Positions 51,828 through 63,394 of a stretch of 64,000 bases of DNA are shown in pieces. The position numbers and the translations under genes were made by a program. Origin of the DNA: Podarcis gaigeae (lineage: Eukaryota). The stretch's first letter is position 1. Each line of letters begins with the position of its first letter. Location of the stretch: NCBI GenBank assembly GCA_964106915.2, contig OZ066928.1. One strand, given 5' to 3'. The notes beneath the pieces were generated by a model. It was given only the letters and a program-made list of their open reading frames with translations. It was not told the DNA's origin and made no database searches.

Positions 51828-54800
51828 AGGCTGCATTTTGCAGCTAGTTGTAAATTATAGAACTGGGTGAGGTTGTACACATTCTGTAATTCTGCAGCAT
51901 TTTCTCAGCAACTATAGGCTGGTAGGTTTAATTTGTCCTGCATGATTTGGGCCGCAACCCTAACCCCACTTACGAGGAGGTAAGCCCCGTTGAAGTAAAT
52001 AATACATTTGGGTGGGTATGGTTAGGATTGCAGTGACAGTCACAGGGAGGAGCAATGCCAGGTGCTTATTCCCTATCACTTTCACAGTGGAAATCTTAAT
52101 GTGAAATGCCAGTGGTTTCTAAAATTTCAGCTAGCATGGCCTACACTTCCTCAAACATGCTCTCTGTAAAGATAAAAACTTGTTTTTTGAAAACAAAAGC
52201 CCAATTAACCTCACCCAGTTCTTTTCCCAGGGGTCCTGTGGGATGGAAATCTGCACACAGCTGGTCTCAAGGGAGGAGACAGGAAGGGGCAGGGGGGAAA
52301 TGGTACTTCCAAAGACGTGTCTTCCAGCAGTATTCTCAAAACATGGTGCTGCTCTTATCTTTATTTTTCTCCTGTACAGCCTAACAATGCTTTTTATTCC
52401 TTCGCAGGCACAAGCATAGCAGGGTTCTCTCCCCCCTTTTTTTGGCTAAGTTTTCTCTTTATATATAAAACAAATTCTTTTGTTTTGAGAAGCACCACCT
52501 TCAAAGGCTACTGCATTGCCAACTGCTTCAGTAAACCAAAAGAACCAAATGAATGCCTTTTTTGTGTGTGTAATATTATCTTGGTTCAGTTTGTATTTTG
52601 CTAGAGATCTTTGTTGTACAACCCCAGAATATGTATGTGAAACATCATAAGTTTTTAAATATGCGCACGCACACGCACACACACACACACCTATCCATCT
52701 ATCTATCTATATATATACAGGGCTCCCCCCCCCCCAGCCGGAACTCACTGGAACTCAGTTCTGGCCCCTCTCAGGTGGGCACCATTGCCATTATAAGAGA
52801 GCAAGGGAGGTGCTCATGATGAGTTCTGGCACCTCTTTTTCGTGTGTGTGTGTGTGTGTGTGTGTGTAGAAAAGCATGGCAGATGGGACCAGGCCAATTC
52901 CACAAACAGCAGGGACCAGTAATTGCGGAATGTGCTGAGATTTCAGAAACTATTTTTTTATATAAATAAAAAAGGGAAATGTTATCAGCAATGAGAAGGC
53001 ATTCTATCCATAGGAGCAAGTGTACTCTGGCTTTGGCGAGCTGTTAGCTACCCTTCAGGTCATATTGTTATCCTGAGCTATTCAAAATGATGTAATATGG
53101 AGACAAAGCAAAAGTTGTTTAAAGTTGAAATAAAGTTGTTTAAAATACAGACCAAATCTGATTTCTGTCAGCGTGCCAGTTTCTCGCACCTCCTGGTTCA
53201 AGCCCAGTATAAGGATGTCAGAAGACCCTGCAGCTGGATGTAGGCCAGTGGCCCAGCCAGTCCAGCATCCTGTTCTCACAGTGGCCAACCAGAGATCGGT
53301 GGGAAGCCCACAGCCAGGATCCAAGCACAAGAGCAGCTCTCCCCCTGCTGCCTTTCCCAGCAGCTGGTATTCAGAAGCATGACTGCCTCTGACCATGGAG
53401 GCAGAGAATAGCCATCATGACCGGTAGCTGTTTGCAGCTTCCTCCTCCATGAATTTGCCCAATCCCATTTTACAGCCCTCTGCCTAAGTTGAGGGCCATC
53501 ATTGCTTCCCAGGGGAGTAAATTCCATAATTTAACTCTGTAACACTATGTGAAGGAGCTACTGCCTTTTTTCTGCCCTAAATTCAGATTCATTGAATGCC
53601 CAGTGAAATTCAGCTTGATGCATGTAATAACCCTTTCCTGCATCACCCTAAATTAGGATGTGGGCTCCTTCATTGGAGGTGTTCACCATTCCTGTAGGAA
53701 CAGCTTGCTGAACCAACTCACCCAGGAATGCACAGAGGACTGAGCAACATTCTATGTAAGAGATTCTGGGGACGGAAAACTTGCAATGCAGGTAGCTATG
53801 TTCGCTCTTCCCAGCCCAAACAGTTTGGGATTTTGATTGTGAAATATCCCGGAGGAAGGGGTTTTTAAAAATGACCCCAGTGCTCGTGTTGCAAACAAAC
53901 TGGCAGCTCTCCTCATGGCTGTATTTTGGGTGCGGAATTCAGAAGCTCAATAATGTATCACTTGGTGTAATGTGTAGTTTGGCCCTGTGTCACTGGTTGC
54001 AATGAAGCCCAAATGGTGCTGCTTTGTACATTTCTTCTACATCCCTCTGGCATGCCTATCATAGATCATTCTGTACGGTTGCATTTCTTTACTACTAGCT
54101 GGAGAAGCATGCATCTTTCAAAACATACCTTGTAAATAATATGTATCCATATCTTGCAAACTTGCTGGAAATCTTAGGAAGGCTCCTAGTATGCCAAAAA
54201 GTGAAGTTATTCTCTGCAATGAAAGGACATTTTGCACTTTGGAGGGTTATCCAAGATTCTAGTCCTTATTAGATGAAACAAAATGAAAACCTTTTGGGGG
54301 CATCTATTGACAAACTCAGAACCTAGAAGAGGTCACTGTTACGTTTGCCCTGCCTGTTCTTAGGTTTTCCTTCCCCTTTCCCCAAGGATGGGAGACTGGT
54401 AGCCCTACATATGTTACCAGACTACAACTCCCTTTGCCCCAGCCAGCCTTGCCAATGTTCAGGGAATGGTGGGAGTTGTAGTCCCAGCAACATCTTCAGG
54501 ACCTCAGGTTCTCCATCCCTGACCAAACCCACCTGCTTCCAAGATGTTGCAAGTTAGGGAGTTTGTGGAGTGTGTGAAGGCATCAGGACCAGAACATTCT
54601 GCAAGAAGAAAGGATGGACTGAATAATATCTGAAAGGACTTGGGGAGATGGCTTCCTGTACTGTAATTTGGGGCAAAGAACATACTCTAGTGGTCAGAAT
54701 TGTGGTAACTTTAAGGGAAAGTTGTATTTCTAAGGTTTGGTGGCTCATAACTTAAATCTTGTTTTAGAATAATACCAGAAACTGATGCCATAAAAACATA

Positions 54801-54926
54801 TAGCAATAGAAAGATGATTTAATGTGGAATATAATGCAACAAATTTTGCTGAATCATCTTTATTGTATCAAAAGGTATAGCCAAATAACCAGAAAAAGAA
54901 AGCACAACTGCCTTGTGTGGCAAGAA

Positions 54927-55254
54927 GTAAAGGTAAAGGGACCCCTGATCATTAGGTCCAGTTGTGGCCAACTCTGGAATTGCAGTGCTCATCTTGCTTT
55001 ATTGCCAATGGAGCCGGCGTAAAGCTTCTGGGTCATGTGGCCAGCATGACTAAGCCGCTTCTGGCAAACAGAGCAGCGCACGGAAACACTGTTCGCCTTC
55101 TCGCCAGAAAGGTACCTATTTATCTACTTGCACTTTGGCATGCTTTCAAACTGCTAGGGTGGCAGGAGCAGGGACCGAGCAACGGGAACTCACCCCATCG
55201 CGGGGATTCAAACCGCTGACCTTCTGATCGGCAGGTCCTAGGCTCTGTGGTTTA
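54927..55254 (-). mobile_element. Sauria SINE, older subfamily
   Basis: Same body as 26913-27253; the extreme 5' end is missing. Confidence 0.9.
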
Positions 55255-55533
55255 GATTTCCTTAACTCAAAAGTAACCAGTGGCAAATGGAGTGTAAAGA
55301 GTTGACTAGTCACCTAGAAAATGCTGTCATAGCCCTGACCTAAATCCAATAGAAAATCTGTGAAGCAGATGAAAGAAACTATTTTAGTCAGGGGCAATCA
55401 AGGAATAAAGCACAATTGCTAGAAGCAATCATGCAATCTTGGTTTCACATTATAATACCTGGTGGCCTAAACTCCTTGGTTCACTCCATGGGATGCCGAT
55501 GTAGGGCTGTGATTGTGGCCAAAGGTTTCCATA

Positions 55534-55897
55534 AAGGTAAAGGTAAAGGTACCCCTGCCCGTACGGGCCTGTCTTGACAGACTCTGGGGTTGTGCGCCCA
55601 TCTCACTTAAGAGGCCAGGGGCCAGTGCTGTCCGGAGACACTTCCGGGTCACGTGGCCAGCGTGACATCGCTGCTCTGGCGAGCCAGAGCCGCACACGGA
55701 AACGCCGTTTACCTTCCCGCTGGTAAGCGGTCCCTATTTATCTACTTGCACCCGGAGGTGCTTTCGAACTGCTAGGTTGGCAGGCGCTGGGACCGAGCAG
55801 CGGGAGCGCACCCCGCCGCAGGGATTCGAACCGCCGACCTTTCGATCGGCAAGTCCTAGGCGCTGAGGCTTTAACCCACAGCGCCACCTGCGTCCCT
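55534..55897 (-). mobile_element. Sauria SINE, young subfamily, with TSD
   Basis: TSD aaaggtttccata at 55521-55533 and 55898-55910; almost identical to 40377-40740. Confidence 0.94.
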
Positions 55898-56886
55898 AAA
55901 GGTTTCCATACAAAGTATTAAAACAGAAATGGTGAGAAGTTATGAAATACCCTTTATCGTGTTTTTTTGTGTTTATTTTATTTGGCTATACAGTAGTTTT
56001 TTATAGAATAAAGATAATTTATCCCAGATTGTTGCATTATATTCTTCATTATAATCTTATTCCAAAAAGACTGTTTAAGCCACCAAGCCTCAGAAATACA
56101 ACTTTTCCTAAACGTTCCCATAATTTTGGCCATTAGTGGGGAGCGGCCATAAGCTCAGCGGATGGTCCTTCAACCCCTGGCATCTCCAGGTAGGACAGGG
56201 AAGCCTGGAGAGCTGCTGCCAGTCAATGCAGACACTGCTGGGCTAGATTTGACTCGGCATAAGGCAACATAGGGTTTGTTTGTTTATAATCTTCATCATT
56301 ATTTTAATAACTTAAATATCCACTTAACATAACATCTTTAAACAGTTTGACAGATTGCAATCATGATACCACAAGCAAAAACAAAACAAAAGAAAGCAAA
56401 GCAGAGTATCAAAATGCAATAAGAACCCAGTAGAACTTTACCAAAACAGAAACACTGAAATTATGCCTGCAGGCTGTTACAATGATTCAAAGAAAAGACA
56501 GTGACCCATGTTCAAACCCTAAACTGGTTAATCTTAACTACTGTCTGTTGAAACAAGCCAACTTTACAACCCATGGTTCCTATACTGTGCACACAAAGAC
56601 TCAACTTTAATCCTGACATCATCAGACAGAAAGCTCAGATAGGAAGCCCCTGGAAGGCTCCTTCTCTGCATAAGACCTGTATGGGGAAGCTGAGCTGCAG
56701 CCCACAGATCCCACACCAAAGCATCCTTTCGCAGTTGTCTTGGAACAGGCAGCAGCATTCCAGATTAAAAGCCCAGAGCCCTGGCAGCTAACCTGACCTA
56801 CTGAACTTTTGGCTTTCTTAAGCATCCATATGCCCTTGCCCAGCCAAACCACCATGAAATTAACATCTCACAAGCATGTCTGCAGC

Positions 56887-57165
56887 CAGTGGCGTAGGTG
56901 GCCAGTGCCCAGGGCCACAAGGAGTGGTGGGGAGAGGAGGGAAACAGACCAAGTACACATGCACGTTCAGCTGCCCAACAGCACCCACATCACCCAGGAG
57001 ATTACAGCCACAGAGATCTGAAAAGAAGAGGTCACTTCCTGGTTTGCATGGAGTGACAGAAGCACACAGCTGTATTGAGGCAGCACCGGGTGTTGAAATT
57101 TTGCACCCCTAATGATTTTGCACACTGGGCAGCTGTCCCTGTGCCTCCCCCACACTATGCCACTG
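56887..57165. mobile_element. hAT-type MITE
   Basis: TIRs cagtggcgtag / ctatgccactg; flanks tctgcagc / cctgcagc (7 of 8 match). Confidence 0.7.
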
Positions 57166-57228
57166 CCTGCAGCATTAATCACACTTTTGCTAATTGATAG
57201 CTTGGCGGGGGCTAAACTGTAAGCACAG

Positions 57229-57234
57229 TTTATT
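57229..57234 (-). terminator. Candidate polyadenylation signal of the nyctalopin-like gene
   Basis: AATAAA on the - strand ~88 nt after the stop codon. Confidence 0.4.
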
Positions 57235-57321
57235 AATGGACAGGGAGCAAACCGCCCTCCAAAAAAGGGATTAGAGAAATGATCTGTCCCTTTATAGCAG
57301 GCAGCTTGAAATGAAGGTGGG

Positions 57322-57788
57322 TTACAAAGCCTTGACAAGGAGATTGTGGATACCTAGTTGCTTAGGTAACGAGAACACAGCTGAGTATGAGGCCCAACAG
57401 GCAAGGAGGAGGCAAAACGATTTCTCAGCAGCAGCAGCAGCAACAACCAGGTGAGAAGCCCCACTTGGGTAGGGCCCATCGCAGCCTTCTTCCTTCATGA
57501 CCCCAGACTGTGGCGGGCAGCTGGGTGAGGCCCCCTGAGCATGCTGGCCAAGCTGAGATGTGTTGTGAATGGTGGGAAAGGCACAGTGCAAGCCCTCAAT
57601 GACCCCTTGGTAGCTGAGGATCCAAGTGGCGAACCACAACATTCCGCAGTCACACTGCCAAGGGTTGTGTGACAGGAGGACGTATCTCAGCTTGGGGAGC
57701 TCTACCAGGAGGTGGTTGGAGAGGTAGCTCAGGTTGTTCCTGTTCAAGTGGAGGAAGTCCAGTTCCTTCAAGTGTGCGAAAGCAGGGC
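57322..57788 (-). CDS. Nyctalopin-like LRR protein, last coding exon (final LRRs, LRRCT NPWQCDC...C...C, hydrophobic putative GPI/membrane tail)
   Basis: Acceptor ctcccctccctgactgcag| at 57789. The phase-1 junction gives ...IVSIA-G-PAFAHLKELDFLHLNRNNL, completing an LRR; stop TAA ends at 57322. Confidence 0.9.
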
Positions 57789-58302
57789 CTGCAGTCAGGG
57801 AGGGGAGAGAAACTGGATTTCATTTGCATTCGATGGCAAGCAGTCAAATTCACGCTTCTCAAACCAATAGGCAGACTGAAATGCAGCTGGTCCTTTGACA
57901 CCTGCCCTTCTCAGAACTTTGTGATGTGGTTCTACAGACAACCAAAGCACAGATTAGGCAGAAATGTGCATAAATATGTATATTCAAAGTACAATCAGAA
58001 CTTACATGCATTTAACTGGCATGATTCCAACCGTGTGCAGTTGAAGGTTGTCTGGTTGAAACACTGCAAGCAAGATGGAGAACTTGGAAGAATTTTTTGC
58101 ACTGCATTTTCCAGGTGTGGAAAGAGCTTTTAAGCTCTCTGCCTCACTTGGGGGGCAAGGCCCACTTAGCATGCTGGCTCCAGAAGGCTGGCAATGCTTG
58201 TGCAGCAGCAATTCCAAGGGGGCAGTTTGAGCATACACATTTTTGAGTGTACACATAAGCCTTGGAACTTAACCCACACATAAGCTGTTATCATATTGTA
58301 TA

Positions 58303-58545
58303 CAGTGGAATCTCGTGTTACATACCGTCCTCCTTGAAAACGCTAGGAGGTTACAAGCTCTGCTAACCCGGAAGTAGATGCACCTTGTTGTGAACTTTGC
58401 CCCGGGATGCAAATGGAAGTTTTGTACCAGCAGCACAGCAGTAACAGGAGGCACCATTAGCAAAAGCGCACCTCAGGTTATGAACAGTTTTGGCCTAAGA
58501 ACGGACCTCCGGAATAAATTAAGTTCGTAACTGGAGGTACCACTG
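58303..58545. mobile_element. Tc1/mariner-superfamily MITE in the LRR-gene intron
   Basis: TA|cagtggaatctcg ... ggaggtaccactg|TA; related to 8388-8617. Confidence 0.78.
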
Positions 58546-59098
58546 TATATACACAAGGTTCAAGGTCTTTGCATGAATTTACAAAGCCCAGAACAAGTTA
58601 GACTAGGCCAGCTCAGGGACCACCTAAACCCTTATCTCCTTGCTTGATCAGTGAGATCAACACTGGAGTGTCATTGATCATTCTTTGAGTTGGTGAGGCT
58701 CACTTGATAACAGCAAGAAATAGAGACTTTAGTGTTATCAGCACAGTCCTGCAGAATGCTCTGTCAATAGAGATTCAGCAGATCAAATAATAAATTAATA
58801 AATATTGATGAAAATTTTGTGTGCAAAATTCACATTAGTAAAAATCACTTGTGCTGACAGTACATTAGCCATATGTATATTACTCCATTGTTTCTTAGCT
58901 TAATGTATACAAAAATGTGTTTATTAGGTACAATTGTACAATTATCATGGAAATGCTGATGAATTTTCGCAAGGCTGTTGTTGTTGCTTTTAAAGCCACA
59001 AATTCCTACAGAAATGTGGGAGCTTTTAGAATTTAAGATGGGGGGGAGGCATGATAAACTAAGAGGAACTGAAATGGACAAGACCTGTCCATTCTTAC

Positions 59099-59945
59099 CT
59101 GCAATGGACACAATCCGGTTGTTGTTGAGATAGAGCCTCTTCAAGTTCTGGAGACTGTCGAAAGGGCAGCTGATCCTGGTGAGCCGATTGGCCTCTAGGT
59201 GGATGCTCTTGAGCTGCGTCAATCCACTGAAGAGCTGATTAGGCAAATTGGAGAGACGGTTGTGTCCTAAATTTAACGTGCCAAGCCTGTCCAGTTGGAG
59301 GAAGGCGTCCTTCTGGATGGTCCAGATGCGATTCTTTCGGAGGTTCAGCTCTCTCAGGGCTCCCATGTCCTTCAGGGAGTCTCTACCGATGGCTTCAATG
59401 TGGTTCCTCTCCATTGACAGCTGTGTGAGGCTCGTCAGGCTCCGGAAAGCTTGTGGGATGTAACGCATGTTGTTGGAGGTTAGGTCGAGGGCTTCCAAAG
59501 AGGGGAGGTGGGAGAAAACAAAAGGGTGGATTTCAAAGAGGTTGCAGTGGGATAAATCCAAACTGATGAGGTTATGAAGGCCTTGGAAGGTGTTGGCATG
59601 GAGGTAGGTCAGCCTGGGGTTCCTGCTGAGATATAAGACCCGCAGGTTGCAGAGTGACTTAAAAGCTCCCGGGTACAGAAAAGTGAGGTTGTTGCGATCC
59701 AGCCAGAGGCTGTTCAGGTAGGTGAGGTTGCTGAAGGCATCGGTGGTCAGCAAGCGCAGAAAGTTATTGGACAGGTTCAGCGAGATGGTGGAAGCAGCAA
59801 TTTCCCTAGGGAGGCTGCGGAGTCCAGCGCTGTTGCAGTAAATGGTGGCACCAGGGGAGCAATTGCACAAGGAGGGGCAAGTCGAGGGGCCCAAGCCAGG
59901 CCTCAATGAACTGGTGAAGATCAAAAGAAGAAGCAGGAGGTGCAT
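59099..59945 (-). CDS. Nyctalopin-like LRR protein, main coding exon (signal-peptide-like N-terminus, LRRNT CPSLCNC...C, tandem LRRs); exact start uncertain
   Basis: Regular LxxLxLxxN repeats collinear with nyctalopin. Donor GCAG|gtaaga at 59099/59098; the ORF-track tail past this point is intron read-through. Confidence 0.88.
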
Positions 59946-60693
59946 GTCCCAGCATAGGATAAAGAACGCGGACTGCCTTGCAGAGAGAAATGGCAGAGGG
60001 GACTGAGATGAATGAGGTGGCTTTTGAGAAGTGAAATGAAGCCAAGGGAGATTAAGCTTCCTATGAACAAGGAGGGATAAAGTTCTTAGTCAAATGAGAG
60101 CTTACAAGAAGGACTGGCCAAAGAGTGAACGAATCTGTCTTAAGTTCAGTTCTCTGCATTTCCACATCAACTTACAGCTCCGTTTTCAAAACCAACCCTT
60201 ATGAAATTTAATCTGCATTTTAGTGATAATTCCTCCTGACCCATAATTTTTGTATGCAATTTTGCTCCATGCAGACAGTTTTGCAAAGCTGTCTCCTCAA
60301 TATAGATGCTGTTTTCATTTTTATGCACACTTTAACCTAGCATTTGCAGTTTTAGAAACATTAACCAGGATGGAGAACCACATTGCAAACATTAGGAAAA
60401 GTGAAAATTCCAATATATGTGTTTAAGTTTGCATGGAAAGAGCAAATTAGGCAGGTTTGCCTTGCTGTATATATTTATAAAAATATTTGAATACTTCAAT
60501 TTTATAACAAAAATCAAAGTGGTTTGCAACAATATTACACTAAAATAAAAACCACACATAAATTAAAACAGTTTAGGAACTATTCCCAAAAAGCAAGTGT
60601 GAACTGAATCCAACTTCTGCTCCAGACTGGAACAGCATGTCATTAACCACAACAAGGATGCCTGCAGTCTACTTGTTTTGACTGATGAAGAAA

Positions 60694-60848
60694 CATAGCT
60701 GTCAACCTTCCCTTTTTTTGCGGGAAATTCCCTTATTCCAGCGCTGTTTCCCGCTGCTATCCCGCATTGTTAGATATCCCGTAGACTGTCCCCGGGACAG
60801 GTGAGGCTGCTGATCCCTTATTTTCAAATCTGAAAGTTGACAGCTATG
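60694..60848. mobile_element. hAT MITE
   Basis: TIRs catagctgtcaac / gttgacagctatg; 8-bp TSD tgaagaaa at 60686-60693 and 60849-60856. Confidence 0.9.
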
Positions 60849-61899
60849 TGAAGAAAGCATTTAATAGCTTGCTTGTCTGCCGGCCCCTGACATCCTTAGA
60901 TGCTCTTCACCTATGATCTGCCTTTTGAGAATTTTGTTGTAGCTGTTGCTCCCTTTAACTTTCTAGTTCAGTATGTGAATCTGTTCTGATGCCTTCTGTG
61001 ACTTGAGGATTCTGCTTCAACCAGGGCATCCCTTGTCATTCTACACAACAGCCGTGAATCTGTGTGGTTAAGCCCGGATCTACTGCAATCCCATAGAAAG
61101 TGGGGTCGGGGCTCCCATGCAACACTTTTCTCCCCAACTAGACTCCATTACCCAAAGAGGGTCTGGCTAAGCAAGGACAGTATGGTGAGTTGCTGGAAAT
61201 GTGACAGGCTGCTTGTCCTCCTCTTCCTCCTCCTTGAATGGATGTGGATTTATTTTTATTCTTTAGATTTCTTACTTGCCATTTATCATAAGGAATGCGG
61301 CAGGCTTCTGAGTTATACAGCACTCTTCATCTGGCATGAAAGGTAAGATGTCCAACCACCACACGCTCTGTGCAACATATTGTGTGATGAATACTTTTAA
61401 TAAACATACCGTGTTTGTTATTTGATTTATTCAACTTTTATCATGTATTTCCATCCAAAGGGGCCCAGGGCAGCAAACAACAAAACTATCAAAGCAATGC
61501 AAAGATTTTGAAAATGTTTTAAAACACTCAAATATCCTCAAAATTTCAAAGACGCCAGAAGCAGACTATTTCTACAAAACAAACAAACAAAACCATTATG
61601 CTGAAATGTTAATAACATACACAGCTCACCATGGAGGGTATTCCAGAACTGAGGAGCCACCAGTGAGAAGACCCTGTCATGGCAACATCCAGCAGCAATA
61701 CCACCCAAGGACCCAGCTAAGGACTTCAGGGTGCTGTTTTTTTCTTACAGAGTCTAGGCTAATATGATACCCTTGTTTTGTTTTTTGTTTTTTATATGGC
61801 TGGAGTGGGGGCTGGAGGGATGAAAACCATGGGCTTGGAGAGGGCCCCTTTTACTCATTAAATTCCATGCACACACAATTCCAACCGAAGCAGATGGGT

Positions 61900-62044
61900 G
61901 AGGGACAGCTCAGTCAGTAGAGCAGGAGACTCTTAATCTCAAGGTCATGGGTTCGAGCTCTGCTTGGAGCAAAATGTTCCTGCACTGCAGGGAGTTGGAC
62001 TATGTGATCCTCCTTGTGGTCCCTTACATATCTACAATTCTATG
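61900..62044 (+). mobile_element. SINE with tRNA-Lys(CTT)-like head and CR1 3' tail
   Basis: agctcagtcagtagagcaggagactcttaatctcaaggtcatgggttcgagc followed by ttcctgcactgcagggagttggact...tctacaattctatg. Confidence 0.82.
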
Positions 62045-63284
62045 TTTTGAACACAATGCATACCCATCTTTGGTTGAAATCTTCTCCACAAAGCAGCTTC
62101 CATGGTCTCTCTAAAAGTGTGTTACAAGCGAGAGTGGGGTGGGGTGTGTGTTGTTTGTTCGTTTTAATTCGAAGTAAAATTCATACTGTAAGATGTGTAT
62201 ATCAGAGATGTATACTTTTAGGACTCACACAATTGTTTCTGAAAGTTGTTTTAAGCCGTTTTCAACATTGTGTTTTTAATTGTTGTAGCCCGCCTTTGGA
62301 TCTTAGGGTCAGGGACCCGTAAATAACAAATAATGAAATAAGTTGGGCGGAACAGCCTCGGTAATACCCCGAGTCTGCATTACTCCCTAGAAGGCATTGT
62401 CAAGACTCAAAGCGTCACACGCACACAGGCCGCCAAAGGATAGGATTCCCCAGCTACGCATTTTGAACACCCAGAAGCAGCCGTTATGAGCTTCCAAACG
62501 GCGATTCCTGCCGCAGCTTTAAGACCTCCGGAGCAGCAACTCGCTTAACGATCAGGCGCCTAATCGCTTCCATTCCACTCAAGAGAAAACAGCTTTTCTC
62601 GTGCTCTAATCTGATGCTAATTCTGTAAGGCTCAGCTCAGATTTGCATATTTACACATCATTAGCGTGCGTGGGCACGAGCACCAGAAGACCAGAACACG
62701 GAGAAGCCATACGTCAATCTCTGACAGATCAGATCCCCGTTAAACATTGTGCTTCCCACAACAGCTCAAACAAATGAATTCTAGAATCCCAGAAAAGGCC
62801 CTAAGGCGAGAGCCCTCCTGATTGCCCTTCAGGTATCCAGAGGTATACTGCAGCTGAATCTGGAGGTTCCATTGATTGAACACAGCTAAAAGCTATTGGT
62901 CAGCAGCCCATCCTCACAAGCTGCCACTCCTCACGGGGAACCTTCCACCTAATCTGCTAGCTGCCCTCTCCTTCTGAATCCCCAGGCTCTGCAAATAAAC
63001 AGAGAACTTTGCAGTGGCTGATGTTTGCTGGTGGGCAGCACAGAGGGTAGTTCTTTGGACAACCTCCTGCAGACAGACCACATAGCATCCACTGTTCACT
63101 GTGTAGCAATGGGCCTTGGTCTGGCAGCAGAACATCTGTTTTGCAGGCAGAAGATCTGAGATTTAATTGTGGGAGTTTCCAAGTAGGGCTGGTGACATTC
63201 CCAGTCCGAAACCCAGAGACCTGAGTCAGATGGACCAAGGATTTGGTTCTGTATGATGCATCTTGCTATGTTTGTGTGCAGATG

Positions 63285-63394
63285 TACGGCTGTAGCCAAG
63301 GAGGCGCAGGGGGGCAACTGCCCCCCAGTAAATAAAAAAAAAACCTTAACTGAGTTTCTGCCCCGCTCCTCCATAAATCTTGGCTACACCCATG
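63285..63394. mobile_element. Short hAT MITE
   Basis: TIR cores tgtagccaag / cttggctaca; 8-bp TSD tgcagatg at 63277-63284 and 63395-63402. Confidence 0.82.

Larger units (their letters stand above)
54685..56138 (+). mobile_element. Decayed Tc1-family DNA transposon with long (~200 bp) TIRs, internally deleted, carrying two nested Sauria SINEs
   Basis: Left end ctctagtggtcagaattgtggtaactttaagggaaagttgtatttctaaggtttggtggct is the inverted match of the right end agccaccaagcctcagaaatacaacttttcctaaacgttcccataattttggccattagtg. Transposase remnants: SPDLNPIENL* at 55331 and LVHSMGCRCRAVIVAKGFHTKY* (split by a SINE). Confidence 0.87.

Noticed and set aside
58845-59098. C-terminal part of the 366-aa ORF (KNGQVLSIS...CQHK) as real protein
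   Set aside because: LRR periodicity stops at a canonical G|gtaaga donor and resumes in frame at 57788, so this part is intron.
57322-59945. Labelling the LRR gene with the symbol NYX
   Set aside because: Similarity is clear but moderate, it has an intron inside the LRR region, and its neighbour differs from that of NYX. Orthology cannot be claimed without a tree.
61625-61632. ATG|gtgag on the - strand as a first exon for the LRR gene
   Set aside because: It is phase-compatible with the 59973 acceptor but lies in sequence resembling a decayed L2 3' region (61430-61700), so it is probably chance.
61900-61972. Functional tRNA genes (here and at 20410, 16970, 21075, 4857)
   Set aside because: Stems are disrupted and each runs into a LINE-like tail or SINE body with no Pol III T-run terminator; they are SINE heads.
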